Shown here: in pieces, positions 31,401 to 46,400 of the stretch | Layout of the letters: the number at the start of each line of letters is the position of its first letter | Position numbering within the stretch: the stretch's first letter is position 1 | NCBI GenBank assembly: GCA_000934665.2 | Contig: KZ537978.1 | Span: 1-64,000 of the forward strand | DNA: 64,000 bases | From: Catajapyx aquilonaris | Taxonomy: Eukaryota | Reading direction: 5' to 3' | Translations under genes and position numbers: made by a program | Notes under the pieces: model-generated | Database searches by the model: none | What the model was told of the DNA's origin: nothing | The model's input: only the letters and a program-made list of their open reading frames with translations

Positions 31401-34400
31401 AAAGATATGGTGTGTAAATGCTTAATAATACTTATTCGAGAGAGACGTGTGATAATGAGAAGACTAGTGCAAAATTACGGCGTGAAAAATAATGCATTCA
31501 TTTGTATTAAAAATGGATTGCTCTTATGCTCAATTTAGCTCTTTTGCTATTAATAAGAGAAAGTAGGAAAGCCTCCAAATGTGCAAGCATTGAATTTGCA
31601 AACTGCATTTCCAGAAAGCCAGTCTCAACATTAAAGTAATACTTTTGAATGTGTTCAGACAAAACACAATGCTCCTTACGATGAAAATAATATCCAGTTA
31701 AAGAGAAATCAAGTCACATTCAACAAAGCACGTAATATTGTACCATTACTTTTAAAATTGACATCGCTTTGTAAATTTGGGTCTGAGATTATTAAAATGT
31801 ACCGGTATGTAAAATTAAGTTGGTTTAGATATTCTTCAAACGTTTCCCTCTAAAATGTGAAGTTCATCATTATGTAAATTCTGTAGTCAGAGAAAAGCCT
31901 GGTTGAAACGCCAATCATTGAGCCATGCTCATTATTTGCACGGATTATTAATATCAGCGTAAAGAAGGTGTCGTCTCATTATTAAGTCGTTCAATGTGTT
32001 AGTGTGTCACATGTAATGTTAAACCTTGCCGGAACGCAACAAGCTCCGTCATCTTAGAGCTGCTCAAAGACAACTGTTCGTGTAATATTACTTAGCTTGT
32101 GAGGGTTCCTGTGAAGATGCCGCTTGTTGATGACCCTAGAGAAAATAGGCGTGTACTGGCTGTGGGCTCTCATGTGTAACAAGGTGGTGGTGGCCTGGTG
32201 GCAAGGAAGATGGATATCAAGAAAACCCCTGTGCGGCAAAGATCCAGTTTGAAGTCGGTGGGAGGATCAGGAGCTAGTATGAGTCACCTTTGGTTTCCTG
32301 TCTATCTTTTTCCCAAGGATGCCCAGGTGGAAATAAAAATGACCTGCAGGTGGTTGAAGGATGCGAATAGGCGAAGGATTTCGCAGTCAGCTTGCAATAA
32401 TCTGCCACCTCCTTTTCATAAGTTTGTTTGTGTTCTAACGGGATTCTACCTACTGCTTAGGCTTGTTGATGTCCTTGCTTTAAAGAGTCGTGTTTTTAAA
32501 TACAGGTGAATGGAAATGTAGAGCTTTGCCTGGCGGCTAAATTGCGAATCTGGTTTACTGCGAATAGGCATGGAGATTGAAAAGGATGGAGAGAAAAAAA
32601 GTGGGCATGTTATGGGAAAGTGAAGGTTGGAATAATTATCGTGTTAAGCGATGCCTGTGTGACAACGAATAAGTGATGCAATTAGCACCAGCTGCATAAC
32701 TCCGATATAAGAAAATGGTAAACGGGGTCAGTGCTCATGTATTACATCAGACTAGAATGCATACAAAGGATCCATTTGATTCGGCTGTTTGCTTTATGAA
32801 CCAGCACCTGGTTGTCAGGAGAAGTGGTAAATTCCTTCACGGTGTTCGTTCCCAGGAGTGGTCTGAGTGATGCAGCACCATCTCTTGTCTCATTGACACT
32901 AGGCTGCGAAGGTGGCATGTGGTGTAAATCGCAGAGACACTAGGGTTGCCAAGGCGAATCTGCACGATTTTCGCATCTGCAGACCGTTGACCTAGCTGGT
33001 CTTGGCCTTCTTTTCCGCAGTTTTGGGAAGAAACAACCCATACGTTTTCGCATTAGATGCACAAAGCCCTTGTGGTTTGCAGCGGAGGCCATTAGCAGAT
33101 GAGGATGAACTCGAGGGTCAAAAGAAAGTTGCGGATGAGGTCTGCTGTTGATAAAGGCAAACCACAGCGGTTTTTTTTGTATGCCTATGTAATGCTTTCA
33201 GGACTGGTGCACTCTGCAGAAGAAACGCGGATATATATTTTACCCTTTATTTCATCAAGACACGCCATCAAGGACCACTGCGCATATTAGCGTCGCGCAG
33301 CCGGAGGTGACGTCAGACCTGCGCGGTTTGCGGTGCGCAGCTTCCGACATGGCACTGTGGCGTAGAATCAGGGCAGTGGAACAGCAGGCAGGAATCTCTT
33401 GAAGCATAACCTATTAGTTCGGAGACAGTGAGAGCTGCTCCTATCCGATCTGCGGGGATAGAAAGGAAGTGAGCCGAGGATTGGCACGGCCCATTGCACG
33501 CTTGGTTAGGAGTCGCCAAGGGAAGAGAAAATCTCTTACTGTAGAGGCTGCAGACTCCTCCAGGGCCCCCTTGATGAATGATCCAGTGCGACTAGATGCG
33601 AAGTGTACGCTCCCGTGTAGTAAAGATGAAAGGGTGGGATTTGTGACGGGTTTTCTCAGGCGGCGGTTGAATCTTGGTGCTCGAAATCTGGACGTGGAGT
33701 GATGGAGCCACGTGCAAAAATTACCAGCACGCTCCATTTAATTCGATGGAGGGAAGCTGCATGCTGCTGCTCCGTAGTTTCGGCCACCAATGAGGATATT
33801 TCATGAATAAGCAAATGCAGGGCCATAATTCACGGACGATTTTTTTGCTGGTTGTTGATTAATACGTTGAATGGCGGAGGGTAATGAAGAAAAATTGTAC
33901 AATAACAGAGGTCTCGCTACTCGTGGACATTTGGTCGCCATGCATAGTAATTGAAGAACTAGGTTTGGAACAATAGAATATGCAAACAAAGGGATTAGAA
34001 AGTGGCGATGTTTGAAGTAAAATATCTGTCGTGAAAGTACGTATAGCGTCGTTACGTGATCTAACAGTATTGCAGGACTGGTATATGCCGTATACACCAG
34101 AGCATTATAGTGTAAACTAATGCTATTAAAAGTGCGTCTCAGGAGCTAGCTGTCAACTTTGCACGCTCTTTCATTATTCTGTTTGCCTAATGGGAGGATT
34201 AGCTCCACCATGTTTTACCCAGTTGTGTCGGCCTGCTATTTAGCTACATCGCTATCTCTGCTGCATTGCAGTGGAGCTACGATGCAAAGCGTCTGCATCA
34301 TAGACACTGCGATAGTACCTTCTGCTCGCAACACTAACCAGATCTAAATCTTTGTTTCAGAGACCCACAGTCCTCGCACAGCGTAATCAGCAATTCCGTC

Positions 34401-37400
34401 GAAGATACCTGCAGCCGCATCCGCAACCTGGACGCCGTGGTTCGCAATGTCAAGGCATTTTACGAGGTAAGTTCACCTTTTCGCCATTCATCCTGACCCT
34501 CGACATTATGCACAAGCTCTTATTAAGGAAACCGTGAGGTAGTTATAGTCATGGGTTCAGGTAGGAGGGAGCTGCTGGGTGCTCACCGTTTTTGGCCTCA
34601 AAAATCCGGGACAAGACGTGACCATGCATTCAAAAAAGGACGCCTTGATGCATTTGACGGGAGCCGGAATCTCATCTAGGTGCAGTGAGATAACGCTTTT
34701 CTCCTCTTGCCTCACACGTCCCGAACCATTTCCGAGGAGGATTTTTTTTTCCTCTCTCTCTCCTCTCGTGAATGAGGCGGCCCTGGCTTCACCCAATATT
34801 GCTAAGGGAATGCCTTCTGGCCGTAAAGGGTCGTATCTCCTAGTGCCGAAAGAGAGGTTGCGGCCTGAAGCTACCGCAGATTTACTTGTGTGCTCGCCTG
34901 ATTTGCCCCCAAAATGTTACGTCGGATGGACATATCGTTAGCAGCTCTCTGGCATTCGGGAGCTTGGATTTTATTTATGCAGATGCACAGCTGACTTCTC
35001 ATATATGAAGTTGGCGAGCAATTAATCCCGGACATGACTATTCATAAGCTGTGAGACAACGTGACTGGTTGACATTCCGCATTGTTTAATGATGCCAGTT
35101 TACAGCCTATAAAAGCCATGTTATTACAAGCGCCCCTCGACGGCAATGAAATGCAGTGTCGACCTGGTTGCTACGGAATGAAGTGTCATCTTTGCCTTTT
35201 GTAGGCGAAACTGGAATATTTCATCTTGCGAATTGGTGTGAAAGCGTTCCATGATTAGCTGCGGAGAAATCGTTTGTCACCAGCTGCGGCACGTGTCGAC
35301 AGGAGGTCCAAAAGAATAAAGGCGTGAAGTGGCGAGATGGAGAAAAAAATGGTGGCCGCGCGATGGCGAAAACTGAAGGCGGACGGGATGGAATGGAGCG
35401 CATCGTGCTGTCTCCCATAACCTTCTCGCCTCCCCAACCAACCCTGCCTTCCTCCTCCAACATTTCCAAGAATTTCAGGCCCGTCGGCACGGGCATCAAA
35501 GGGTCACGGTCATCCTAGTTATTAGCGGAGAACAAAGGATAAGGACATGACCCATCCGCGGAACTTCCAAATGACATGTACGTGAGGAACGCCAAAAGGG
35601 TACAGGCCGTGTGAAGAGGGCAGGGATATATCGGTGTAGGCACAGTTGATGCAGCAATTCCCAACGGTGGGTTTTCAAAATGCGAATTGACTCTGAAATA
35701 TGTCAAAATGGGGTTGAAGAATAATTTTTATGGAAGGCTTCCGGACATTGCTCCAATTACTTCGAGCAAGAGTAATGGCCATAATTTATTTCTGAAGTAG
35801 TACTTCATTATCAGTCTATTTTTGAGTGTCCGAAAGGCAGTGTTCTAACTTTCTGCCTCCCCCTCCATTTGTTGCAAAGTAGGGGTAGCCCTACTATCTA
35901 TAGCCTCCCTTCTCCCTTCGTTTGACAATTTCAGAAATCGATATTGGTGTATAGGTGAGTTTCGCGTGCCCCTAGCCATATTTGATAATAAAAGAGTGTC
36001 CGATCTACAAAAAAGGATCAGACCCGTTGGGTTAGTCAGGTCGATATGAGGTTCTGACCGAATGTTCCAACTCTCGTTTTTGAACCCTCTTTGCATACCC
36101 AACTCACAGCAAGGTATCTGAATAAGTTTTCAGGAAAATCCATTCTGGACAGTCACGTTTGTTCAGTTACTTAAGCTCTTTTTTTCCCCAAGCAACTTCG
36201 TAACTCTTGGGTGGCCCTAGTTTGGGCACCCCCCACAGCAGGATGAGTCTGGCATGTACCAACCCTTGTTCCTCTCCCCAGTGATGTCTATTGACCCCAT
36301 GTAAGAGGCAATGAGATTCACTCTCCGGACTTGGAGCCCCCCTGTTTCCTGCACCATTTCATTATCTCCACCTTGGAGCTTGCAGCAGCACCCTAGGGAC
36401 AAGGAAGGAGCATGTCCATGAAACCGTTCCGGAGCACTCCAGAGGCTCCGGCTTTTGGAAAACTAGCAGCTTCAGATGCGACCTAAAGGACCCTCCTAAA
36501 GAGGAATCCTAACGAGAGGTGTGTCTGTTGGTGCGCACGCGGACAGCCAGAAAGGCCTTGGGGCTATGTGGGACAGTAGTGGTCCGTGGAAACAAAAACC
36601 CGGAAATTTCCGCCACCGGAGTTAGGGACACTGCTCTGAGGAACGTTATTGATGTGGCCCTCAAGATGCTCCAGGGTGGGTTCTCTTCGAGCCAAATTTA
36701 TTCCGCCATGGCCTCCATGAATATTGCAGGCGAGACACTTTTTGTACGCCGTGATGAATTTCAGACGCACGTAAACACCCTGCTGGAAGGACAACAGGCC
36801 ACCGAGTGAGGCTTGAACACTAATTAATTTTATGCTAAAATTTGCTAGGGCAACGTGTTTTTTAATACACGAGGAATAAGATGCATGGAGCGATACAGCG
36901 ATTTGTTTAGATGGAAGTTTGCAGACTTCAGCAAGTGTCAGCGGCAAAAATGCAGTATTTTACGTGCAGCCCCGTGTTTCAACCCCGTTGCATTATGGAT
37001 AACTCTAGGGCCCCATATGGCATTTTTGTAACGACCTTCGTGGGCACGTTATGTAGGCAGAATGGCCTATTTTTTCCCTGTAAACAAAGAAAAACTCCGG
37101 AAGCCAGTATTCCATTCATCAAGGGTAGGCCTATCCACCTGGAATTTATCAGCGTGATACATTCATATTTCAAGCCAGGTAAGTCGCGGATATTTCAACT
37201 GCTGGTTCATCGCCCTTGCAGATATTATATTCTGAAAACCATATAGAAGCCACTACTAGAGCTCTCCAAAGTGGCCCTGCACGTTATACCATGGTAGTGT
37301 CAATCTGCTTTTTCCTGTTGGGGTGACACGCATGACGACCTGCTTCAAAATTCGGACTCCCCCCATATATATATATTTTTTTCAAACTTCCGGCGAGGCC

Positions 37401-40400
37401 TGATTGGATCCTCCNCCCCCCCCCACTTCCTTCCGCCGTCTTCTTCCACTCTGTTCTTCGGAACGATGTTCGTTCCAATCTTGTCGGAAGTGTTGACTGA
37501 AAAGTTCTGCTTGGATGGTATCTCCACGTTCGATGACCTGGTGGGGGTCACGTGGGAACATAGGTGCTACTCGTGTGTGTGATGTTTTTTCCTCGCAAAG
37601 TGAAGATCATGGGAATATATTGTGACTCTTGCTCACTAATCATATCAGGCACGCACTTGTTGCAAATTATAGGGCTGCAATAATTAGTACTGGTTTCTTT
37701 GTGCTCATCCATTACTGAATTTGCGAAAAAAGGGACCTAGTGGTACCTGTGTCAAGCCATTGTTGCTTACAATTCAAGTACTCGTTTACCATATTTGTAA
37801 CTCGAAAATGTGTGCAGGGAGGAGGTTATTCCCCTGCGATGTACTGTACCTGTGAGATAACACTTTATATAACCACGGAATAGATTGTCTGGCCTGCACT
37901 CCTGGTTGAAACCATGCTTACTAGATTGATATGATTACGAGTACCCATCAGCCGGGTGCACGAATACAGCATGATTAAAGGGTGACAATGTTGTATGGTA
38001 AACCCCTGCATTATCCGTCTGGTAGCACACGCCTCGGCATATTGTGCTTACCCATTGTGATAATGATGGAAGTTGGAAACTAAAAGAAGCACACAATGGT
38101 GCACTGACTGGATAATTAACCGATTCCCTCATGTGGTGCAAAAGTCACGCGTCACGGCCAATCCACTCGAACTAATGACCAGCATCAGGCTGATGTGTGG
38201 CGACTATCTTCCGACCCAATCAGCAGTTCTGTTAATTTGCCTGGAATCTCGGGCGATTGGACCAGATGCTGACACTAGTATTGCCGTATTGAATAAGTAA
38301 TAATCAATATCGGATATGTGAAGCGAATATGCAAAAATCGCGAATCTTGGAGAAGTTGTTAGCGCTTTTTCTGGATCGTTTCGTTCCCAATATTTTTTCC
38401 ATTGATCGCGAAATATATGAGTGGAACGTAACGCCATTTCCTCGGCACAAAAGGCGGGCGGCATAGGTCAAAGATGCAATTTGTCTTCTTTTATTACGCT
38501 TCTGGATGCCTCCTGACTCTCATACGAATTTCGACTCCGCTTCTGGTCGTTAAAAGGCAACGGATAGAATTCGAGGAAGTGTATAACGTGCGTAGGAGAT
38601 AGCAAGAGTAATATCGAGCAATTCGTGGACCGTGTTTGCCCCTTTTCCAGTCAGCAACTTCCCATTAAAAGAAAAGCGTGTTGGGTTCAGTCCATGGGAA
38701 AAAATGTAGTACCGGTTGTGTTTCAGAATCAAATAATACATTCCGGTACGAGTTTTTGGCACAAAAAATGAAGGGGCGTTATTGTGCATGCCTGAGATGA
38801 ATCTCAAACTTGGAAGTAGTGGCGTGCAATATGGGCTTTCGTGATGAGGTTGCTGGTCATCAACTTCTTAGAGGTCGACCGCCAGTTCATGTTTAAAATT
38901 ATATGTGTAAGGGTAACATAATTGGTAGTGATTTTGATGGATGAAAATTTTAACCGTGTTTGTCCTGCACTCCACCAGTTAATAATTTAAGTCTTACGCA
39001 GCACATGAAAAGTGCTTAACTCGTGAATTTTCCCTCAAGTGCTTGCCATGTAGCACCATTTACTACTGTACTTGAGATGTAACACCGCAGGCCATTAGCA
39101 TATCATTAGAATTACATGAAAGAAAATTTGAAGCGAGCTCTAATTCGCGCAAGTTTTTGCACGCTACCGGCTGTCCGTAATAAATTTTTCCTTCAAATCG
39201 ATTTCTCTCTCCTTCCACCCAGTAATCGCATTAGAGTAGACGATTCTTCTCTCCAGCTTTTTTTTATATAGCTAGAATGGTGCTGATGACAAGCGAGATG
39301 GAAAGGACCTTCAAGAAAGGAGACGAAATTTGTGCGAAAAGCCACCTGCTCTGGACAAGTTCATGATTCATTCCAGCATCCAAGTTTCCTGGCTCGTTAT
39401 TTTGCGTACACTCTTTGCAAAATATTTGCAGGGTTGTACTACACGTCACGCCTACTGATCGATCCGTCATTCGATGAGTGATTGCAATGCCAATACGTCA
39501 CGAACAAACGGGGTGGCTCCTGTGTGATGTGGTTGATGGTGTATACATATACTGATCTGTTACAGTTGGCGACACGTTTCATTATAATTTCTTTTGGAAT
39601 GGGCTGTGAAAGTTTGGATCTTCTGGAATTTGGCTGCTCGACCACGTTCACAGCATTGAGACCCCATACACCAGAAGCTAAGTTGCGGGAACTTTTCGGA
39701 AGGGGCACTTTTCCTGTTCCCATTGTGGTGTGGGAGAATGGAGAGCGCTCAAAATACAGAAGCCCCAAACAATTTTGGCAGTTCCAAAAGGATACGGTTG
39801 CTGGGTGTATAAGCAGAGAGCTGGATCAATGCCACCTCCATTTCATCGCAGCACCAGCAGGACACTATACACACCTTGTGCAGGAGGCATTGTTTTAGAC
39901 AAAAAACAAAAGTAGGAACCAGAAGGTTGACCCCGACGTCACGTCGCCTGGATTGAATTTTGAGTGGACTTTTTTTTGTACGGACCTGAAAAATTTGGGA
40001 GACTAGCAATCCGTACTTGCCACTTTGTATCCAGCTTTAATGGCGGTGATGGCTTCCTAACTTTAGACCGTGTGCAGGCACGTTTAATCCACCGGCTTTA
40101 ATGTATGCACTAGCATCGCTAACACGCCCTAACTTTTACAACCTTGTTAATCTCTCAGGCTGATAAGTCATCGTGTCAAACTCGAGGCTAAAAAGCCAAC
40201 GTTTTGGCGCACATAAAATGTTGCAACCTTATAGTGTTTTTAAATTCCAATGTAACGCATCGATTATTGCCCATACAAATTACACCAGAAGAGCGATAAG
40301 GAAATGCGGGACTTTAATTACATGTCCTTGTACTTCCGAGCGTGCTGTGTCAACAAGACAAGCAATACTTTACGCCCAGAGTTACAAGGTTTACTCCCCA

Positions 40401-43400
40401 AATTGCAGCTGGAAAGCTATCGAACCCAACTAAATGAGCACATATTTTAGGACAGCCCAACACGAATTGCAATCATCTGACATGTCCTTTGCAAAAAAAA
40501 ACGACAACAAAAACATGGCCATCATAGAAACCACGTTGTGGTTTATCCTTGGAGCAATTACCATGGTCGCTAGGAATTCGGAACAATTTTGAGCCTGTGG
40601 ACGTTGACCTCTTTCGCCTTGGAAAATTGAGTACTTGCCTGGCCTGTTTTGAGGGGGATTGAAAGGATCAGCTCCATAGCAGGGACGTGAGGCTGCATCC
40701 AGAGATTGTGTGAAAGCAAAAATCCGAGGGGGCTTTACTTTCACTTCACGATGCAACTGCATACCTTTAATGGCCTCAAGCATTCACATTAAAACATGTA
40801 CTTTTGTTTTGAGTTTAATCCGTCTTTTGTAGGATTGAGCCAAGATCCGATTTGCAGTTACTGACACGAGGAAAACCTCACTAGACCTTTCTCCTCTCTC
40901 ATCCCAATGGGAAATGTTTCAAGAGGGGTTTCTAATAGTACCAGTACTAAATGGGAATAGGTCGTCACTGTTTATTTAGTATTGGTTCTAGGCTTGATAT
41001 AAGTGAGGTATTATTATCAAGATTGCCATCTCACAAAATTACGGCAAATTGTGGAGTTGCGTGTGCTACTGTATATGTCGTTGGTGCTATTAAGTTTCTC
41101 TTGCAAATTCCAGTTTTCACTACCAAACAAACGAACGAAAAGTAGACTACTGGAAATTGCAGGGTGCATTTTGTGGTTGTTGAAATTGTATCGTAGGGCG
41201 TCAAGAAAAATCTAGAACTTGAATTTGGCGGGTTAAGGACATGGGAGAAACTATTGTTCCGGAGGTTAGTAGTTCAAGGAACCTGCGTTCAAGGGTGAAA
41301 TATACGCAAACGTATAAAAATGTGAAAGGTGTACCCCGTATCTACGAAGGAAGTACTGAAATTCAACGTCGATATGACGATTAGATTTTTTTCCTTCATT
41401 ACACTCCCATGAAAATTCATCACACAGGAACTACGAACATTAAGCCCACAGTTAATAGCCATGAAAGCACATTTCTGTACACACTGTAACGGTCAGGATG
41501 TACGACCTGTCGTTATTATATTACGACTTGCTGGTTTTGTGCTCCGGTATTATTTTATGCAGTAGATAGACAGCCTCCGGAGTAGTTTCAGGATAATGGT
41601 AGCCTCAGGGAACCGTATTTTGGAGTGGAATAATAGGTTCTCATAACATACATTATACGACTACTCGGAGGTTTACTTTTTAGGGAAGAAGCGGCGAATA
41701 ATAATTGGGTTTAGCAGGCGTGGGATTGGAGCATTGCCTGTGCACTATAGGGGCGAATAGTACACTATTGTTTGCATCTGGCTGAGCTAGTCAGGGCGTG
41801 ATTTGGGAAACGTTTTTCCAATAAAATGAGGCCTCGTGCTGGCAAAGTCTCTTCCTGCGCATGGATGCGTCTGACGCCGCTTTCTAGGGAGGGGGTGGGG
41901 GTGGTTCCGTGGGAAAATTTTCCTCAGGATCGATTAGCTTTTTCCCAGGCTCCAACACGACTAATTTACTGGGATGGTGAAAATTGTGAAGGAATTCCAG
42001 GAATGGTCCAACCGAAATATGGGGCAGGAGGAATCACGGCGTTCCAGCCAAGTCGAGATGTGTTTTACCGCAGTCCCTGTGAAAAAGTACGGAATGGAAG
42101 TAGCTTGAAAGTGTGGGGGGATATTGCCCAGGAAATCCCTCCGATATTACTCGCAGTCTGGACCTGTGATTACTCTTCTTCGGGAGGGAGCCGCTTCATT
42201 AATAACTTTATAGCTGTGCCCCTCCGAAATTGAAATCTATCAAAGTGGCTATCCACTTGCGAATGAGTTTGGTAAGAAAGCACTTGGAGAACTCCATTCG
42301 GCTAGGAATGCTGCCATTTATTGCCTCCAGGGCACAAGGGCACATCTGCAATGTCAAGCCAAATCCGGGAAATTTGAATTCCCCGCTGTCGTGTATTATC
42401 CGACACAACGTAGACCTGTCCCTTTAAAATAGCAGCAGCCTGATTGCATTGAATCCACGACAGCAGGGGGGGTTACTGTGTCTTGGCTCGGAGACTATTG
42501 ACAAACCCGTGTCCACCATCTTGGTGGAGCCAAACGCGACATGCAAGCCCAAAGGCCTTTTGACGGTGTTCATAATGGTTATGCTGGTAGAATGTATAGT
42601 CGGAGCAAGTCAAGAAGTCCTTTACACTTGTGAATTAAATTGTGGAATCTGAAAGGGAAATGAAGGTGGAGAAACATGCTACTGTAGATTACAGGCGAGG
42701 CATCCTATTAATGGTAGGCGGGTCTTGAATGGAAGGAACGTGGACGAGGGTAATAAGAAAGAGGAAAGAAAGAGGCAACGATAAAGGGATTAAAGGATTG
42801 ATGAAGGGTTGGCCACAAGCCAGTCCAAATGGCGACAAAGGAAGGAAGAGAAGTTTTGGGGGGATGGCTGCTTAGCTGCATTCTGGGGCGTCGCTTTTAT
42901 CTCCGTCCTCATTCCTTTTCCAAAATTTAATAATTATCGTAAATTATCCCCCTAGTAATTACCGTGCAAACTCATTCAATCTTCCCCTAACCATATATCT
43001 TTGATGTTAGGGAGGATAACACAATTTGTGGATAGTTTGAGAGATAGTGGCTGTGATTTGTGAGCGCTAATTATTAGGTACGCATTGTCCATTTCCAGAT
43101 CATTCTGGTTGCACTTTTTCAATTTTGAACTGCAAGTTTGGCCTTCGGTAGGGGAAAATGGAGTCATGCGCGGGTGTAAAAAGAGAACGTGAATTTGCCT
43201 TCGGCTGATTGGGAAGAATGGAGTAGGAGCGACTTTTGTTGTTGTGCTATTGGGTATTGGGTCGTCCTATTAATACCTGTCTGATGGTTCTGATAATTAG
43301 AATTTTACAGGTGTCAATAGTATACTGTACCTGGTTTCTTAGAAAAATTTGGGTGCGTAATGTGAGCGCTGAAGCTTGTTCTGTCAAGACATAGTATAGG

Positions 43401-46400
43401 CCACATACGAATGAAAAAATAAGCCTGTTGAACAGGGCGAGGAATGTAGTGGCGCACTTTGTTACATGCTAATCTACAGGTGACAACAGCCCCACTGGAG
43501 CCATTTAATAATCGGCTTTGTGACAAAATGCGGTGTATAAATTTCAATCATTGACTACACAGCTCCCACTGCGAATAGAGTAGCCTATACGAGCCTGTAC
43601 ATTATATTTTGCTTTGGCATGCAAATGATGACGCAAGCGTGAGCCAACGTTCTTGTCCATTTGGCACGGGCGTATCCTTTTTTTTGCGTATGGAAAACCG
43701 TCAGTCAGGCAATTTGAGCTCCCAAATGGAAGTATCCCATTCCTCACACTGGAGTCGTCCCAATCTCCATTTGACTACAGTGTGACGGCAGCAGGCGTGT
43801 AAAGTTCCCTCTCACGACTAACGAGCTCCTGGCGGGGAACTTTTTGGCGACAGCTGCAATGGAAATGCAAGGTGACAGGGATGCGATTTTTTTTTTGGTC
43901 CTCTCCTGGTGCCCGCTTCCATCCAACCCGAGAAACCCAAGGCATGTTTTCCGACTATTGAGTCTAAGGAGTAGGATTGAATCTGACAGGAGACCTCTGG
44001 AGTAAAGTCTATTTTCCTGTCCGATGTCAAGTGTTTATGGAACCGGCCACGCGGACAATTTTATTCCGGATGTGGAGAGCAGCCAGAAAGTTCATATCCA
44101 GTTTTGCAGTCCGGATGCAGTAGCAGCAGGCGGCCTGAATTTTGCGGTGTAATAAAACCAGACAAAAGTTTGTCCCAGAAGTAAGTTATACGACAGTAAT
44201 GCCCAGACCTTATTAGCAGTGGACGACTCCGCCATTTATTCCCTGCTGCCCTAAGTTGTTTCAAGAGAGCTCACAATAATGATCATACATCAAGAGCTTT
44301 GTCTTGAGTTGTGCTAACCGCCTTTGTGATGACCCAGCAGTGTGGATCAAGCAGACAGGAAGAGAGGTGGAAAATTAAAACCGTGCAGTATAAAAAAAAA
44401 GGGTATGGTTGCTTGGCAATATATGTAAAGGACAGCGACACAACACAGTGATGAAGCAGATGAAGTCACATAAACACAAACATACCATAAACAAGTCGAT
44501 GAACCTGCTAGAAGACATAGCATTAGCCTGTCATCAGACGGGGTGGTATGCCACCAGGATAAGTCTAGCCAAAACTTTTTGATACATAATATGTAAACTA
44601 TGGAACATGATATGCAAATTGGAGCAGGAATTGAATAGGGTCCCTCCAGCGTGCGTCATATGCCAACTGCTCATCAGACTCCATTGGCAGAATTGGAATC
44701 TAGAGAAGTCGATACACTTCAGTCAATGCTGCTCAAAGTTGGTCCCAATTTCCATGAAATCTAACGCAAACGATTGCAAACCCGGCAATTTACATTCTCG
44801 AATAGACTCAACCTAATCGTCCTTCTGCGGCCCCCAGGAAAAGCAAGTGCACTTTACCAAATTCCACATTCATGAAGTGCGATTTTCTCGACTAAAGTCT
44901 CAAAGGAAGAATCCGACAGAATCCTCCGACGTTGCAGCCAGAGATAAAAGTATCCAAGAGTCCCTGTGGTTAAGAAGCTCAATTTGATTCATTAGGAGCA
45001 AGCGACGCGCTCCATTTCCTTGCCAGAGTTTGCGGCAGCTGCTGTCGCACTCTGTACCACTTCGAAAAGAGAGAGAGAAAAAAGAAGAGATTCTTTGGAT
45101 TTGATTTCTGCCTGATAAAGGTCTAACTCCAGGCCATTTTTCGGGCTGCACTTGGAATGTAGGACTCTGTAATTATGTTGCCTGGCGACCTCCATTGCTC
45201 CCCTGAGGGCTCTTTATCTCAATGTCAGTCGATACACTTGCTCCACTTCACATCATACTCTATGTTCAGTTAAAGGGTGCAGTTTAGGCTAAGTTGGTAC
45301 TGTGTTGGAGCTGTGGGAGGGAAAACCAGTGAAAGGGAAATTGGCAAAATGGCGTGGGAGTTGGAGTAGCCTGGGGGTCCAGGTTTTTACACCTGGTCTT
45401 TGCTATGTTGCCGTCATTTACACTGGTTATTGGAGAAGCAAAGGGGGGTCGTACAGTGCCTATTCTGTTGGTTTTTTTTCTTCAATTATGATGGCGTAAC
45501 GGAAAATAACGTTCTGCGTGGGAACAGTGCTTAAATAGCGTACAGTGTGTGCACAAGCCTTTCAGCCTGAGTAATTGAATGGCTGAGATCAAAGCTTCTT
45601 TTTGTGAAGTTTGAGTAAGGTCCTAGTTATTGCTCCAAGGCTTTTTGCTGCCTCTCAGACTCTTTAAAAATTAACGTGGATAGAGCAGTAACGACCCAAG
45701 CATCATCTTCGGTAGTGACCTGGAAGGCCATATTGGAAAACCAGCAAGACCAACACTGCCTTGCATTATTAATCTGAGACCAAGTTGATGCTGGTAAAAT
45801 TCTAAAATATTTATTTTTCTACAAGTTGATCATAAGGTATACTCATCTTGTCATCTCCCCCTTGGCCCTTTTTTGTGCCGGAAGGCAGATGTTCCAGATG
45901 GTCGGTGGAGGTCTGCATGCAGCCAGCCATCCTTTAACTGTGTAACAAAAAAAAAAAGAGACAGAACATGGCACCGAGAGGAAGAGAGAGAAAAAAATGA
46001 GCGAGAAATTTAAGTTTCTTGGAATCAGACTATTCAGAGACTGGGTCATCCGCCTGGTTGAGCAGTTCTTGGGGATGACTGTCAATCGGATTTGCACACG
46101 CCATGTGAATCTGAAAGAGCGTTTATCCATCCGAGGGTATCCAACCTGGTTTGCACCGTTATTATTGCAAAAATCGTGACACCAGGTTCTAATTGTCGCC
46201 TAGGCTATAACGTCGTAGCGCTTCAGCAGACTTGTTTACAGCATCCTTTCGAATCCAGATGTCTCAACTAGGCCGCTTGATGTTGACAATACCCTGCTTT
46301 TTATAATACACATATAAATATGGTGCCGGAAGTGCTGCCTAATCTAATGTCCGACACTGCAAAATTCACTTTCACGGGCCGTACTGAAGTGGAAATTGTG

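Noticed and set aside
36519..36809. 96-aa + strand ORF with protein-like composition in Girdin intron 3
   Set aside because: GTG start, no recognisable domain, no convincing splice sites, and not needed for the Girdin frame.
37551..45524. Three Su(H)/CSL sites CGTGGGAA (37551, 41908, 45517)
   Set aside because: Widely spaced, not paired, and near chance expectation for 26 kb on two strands.
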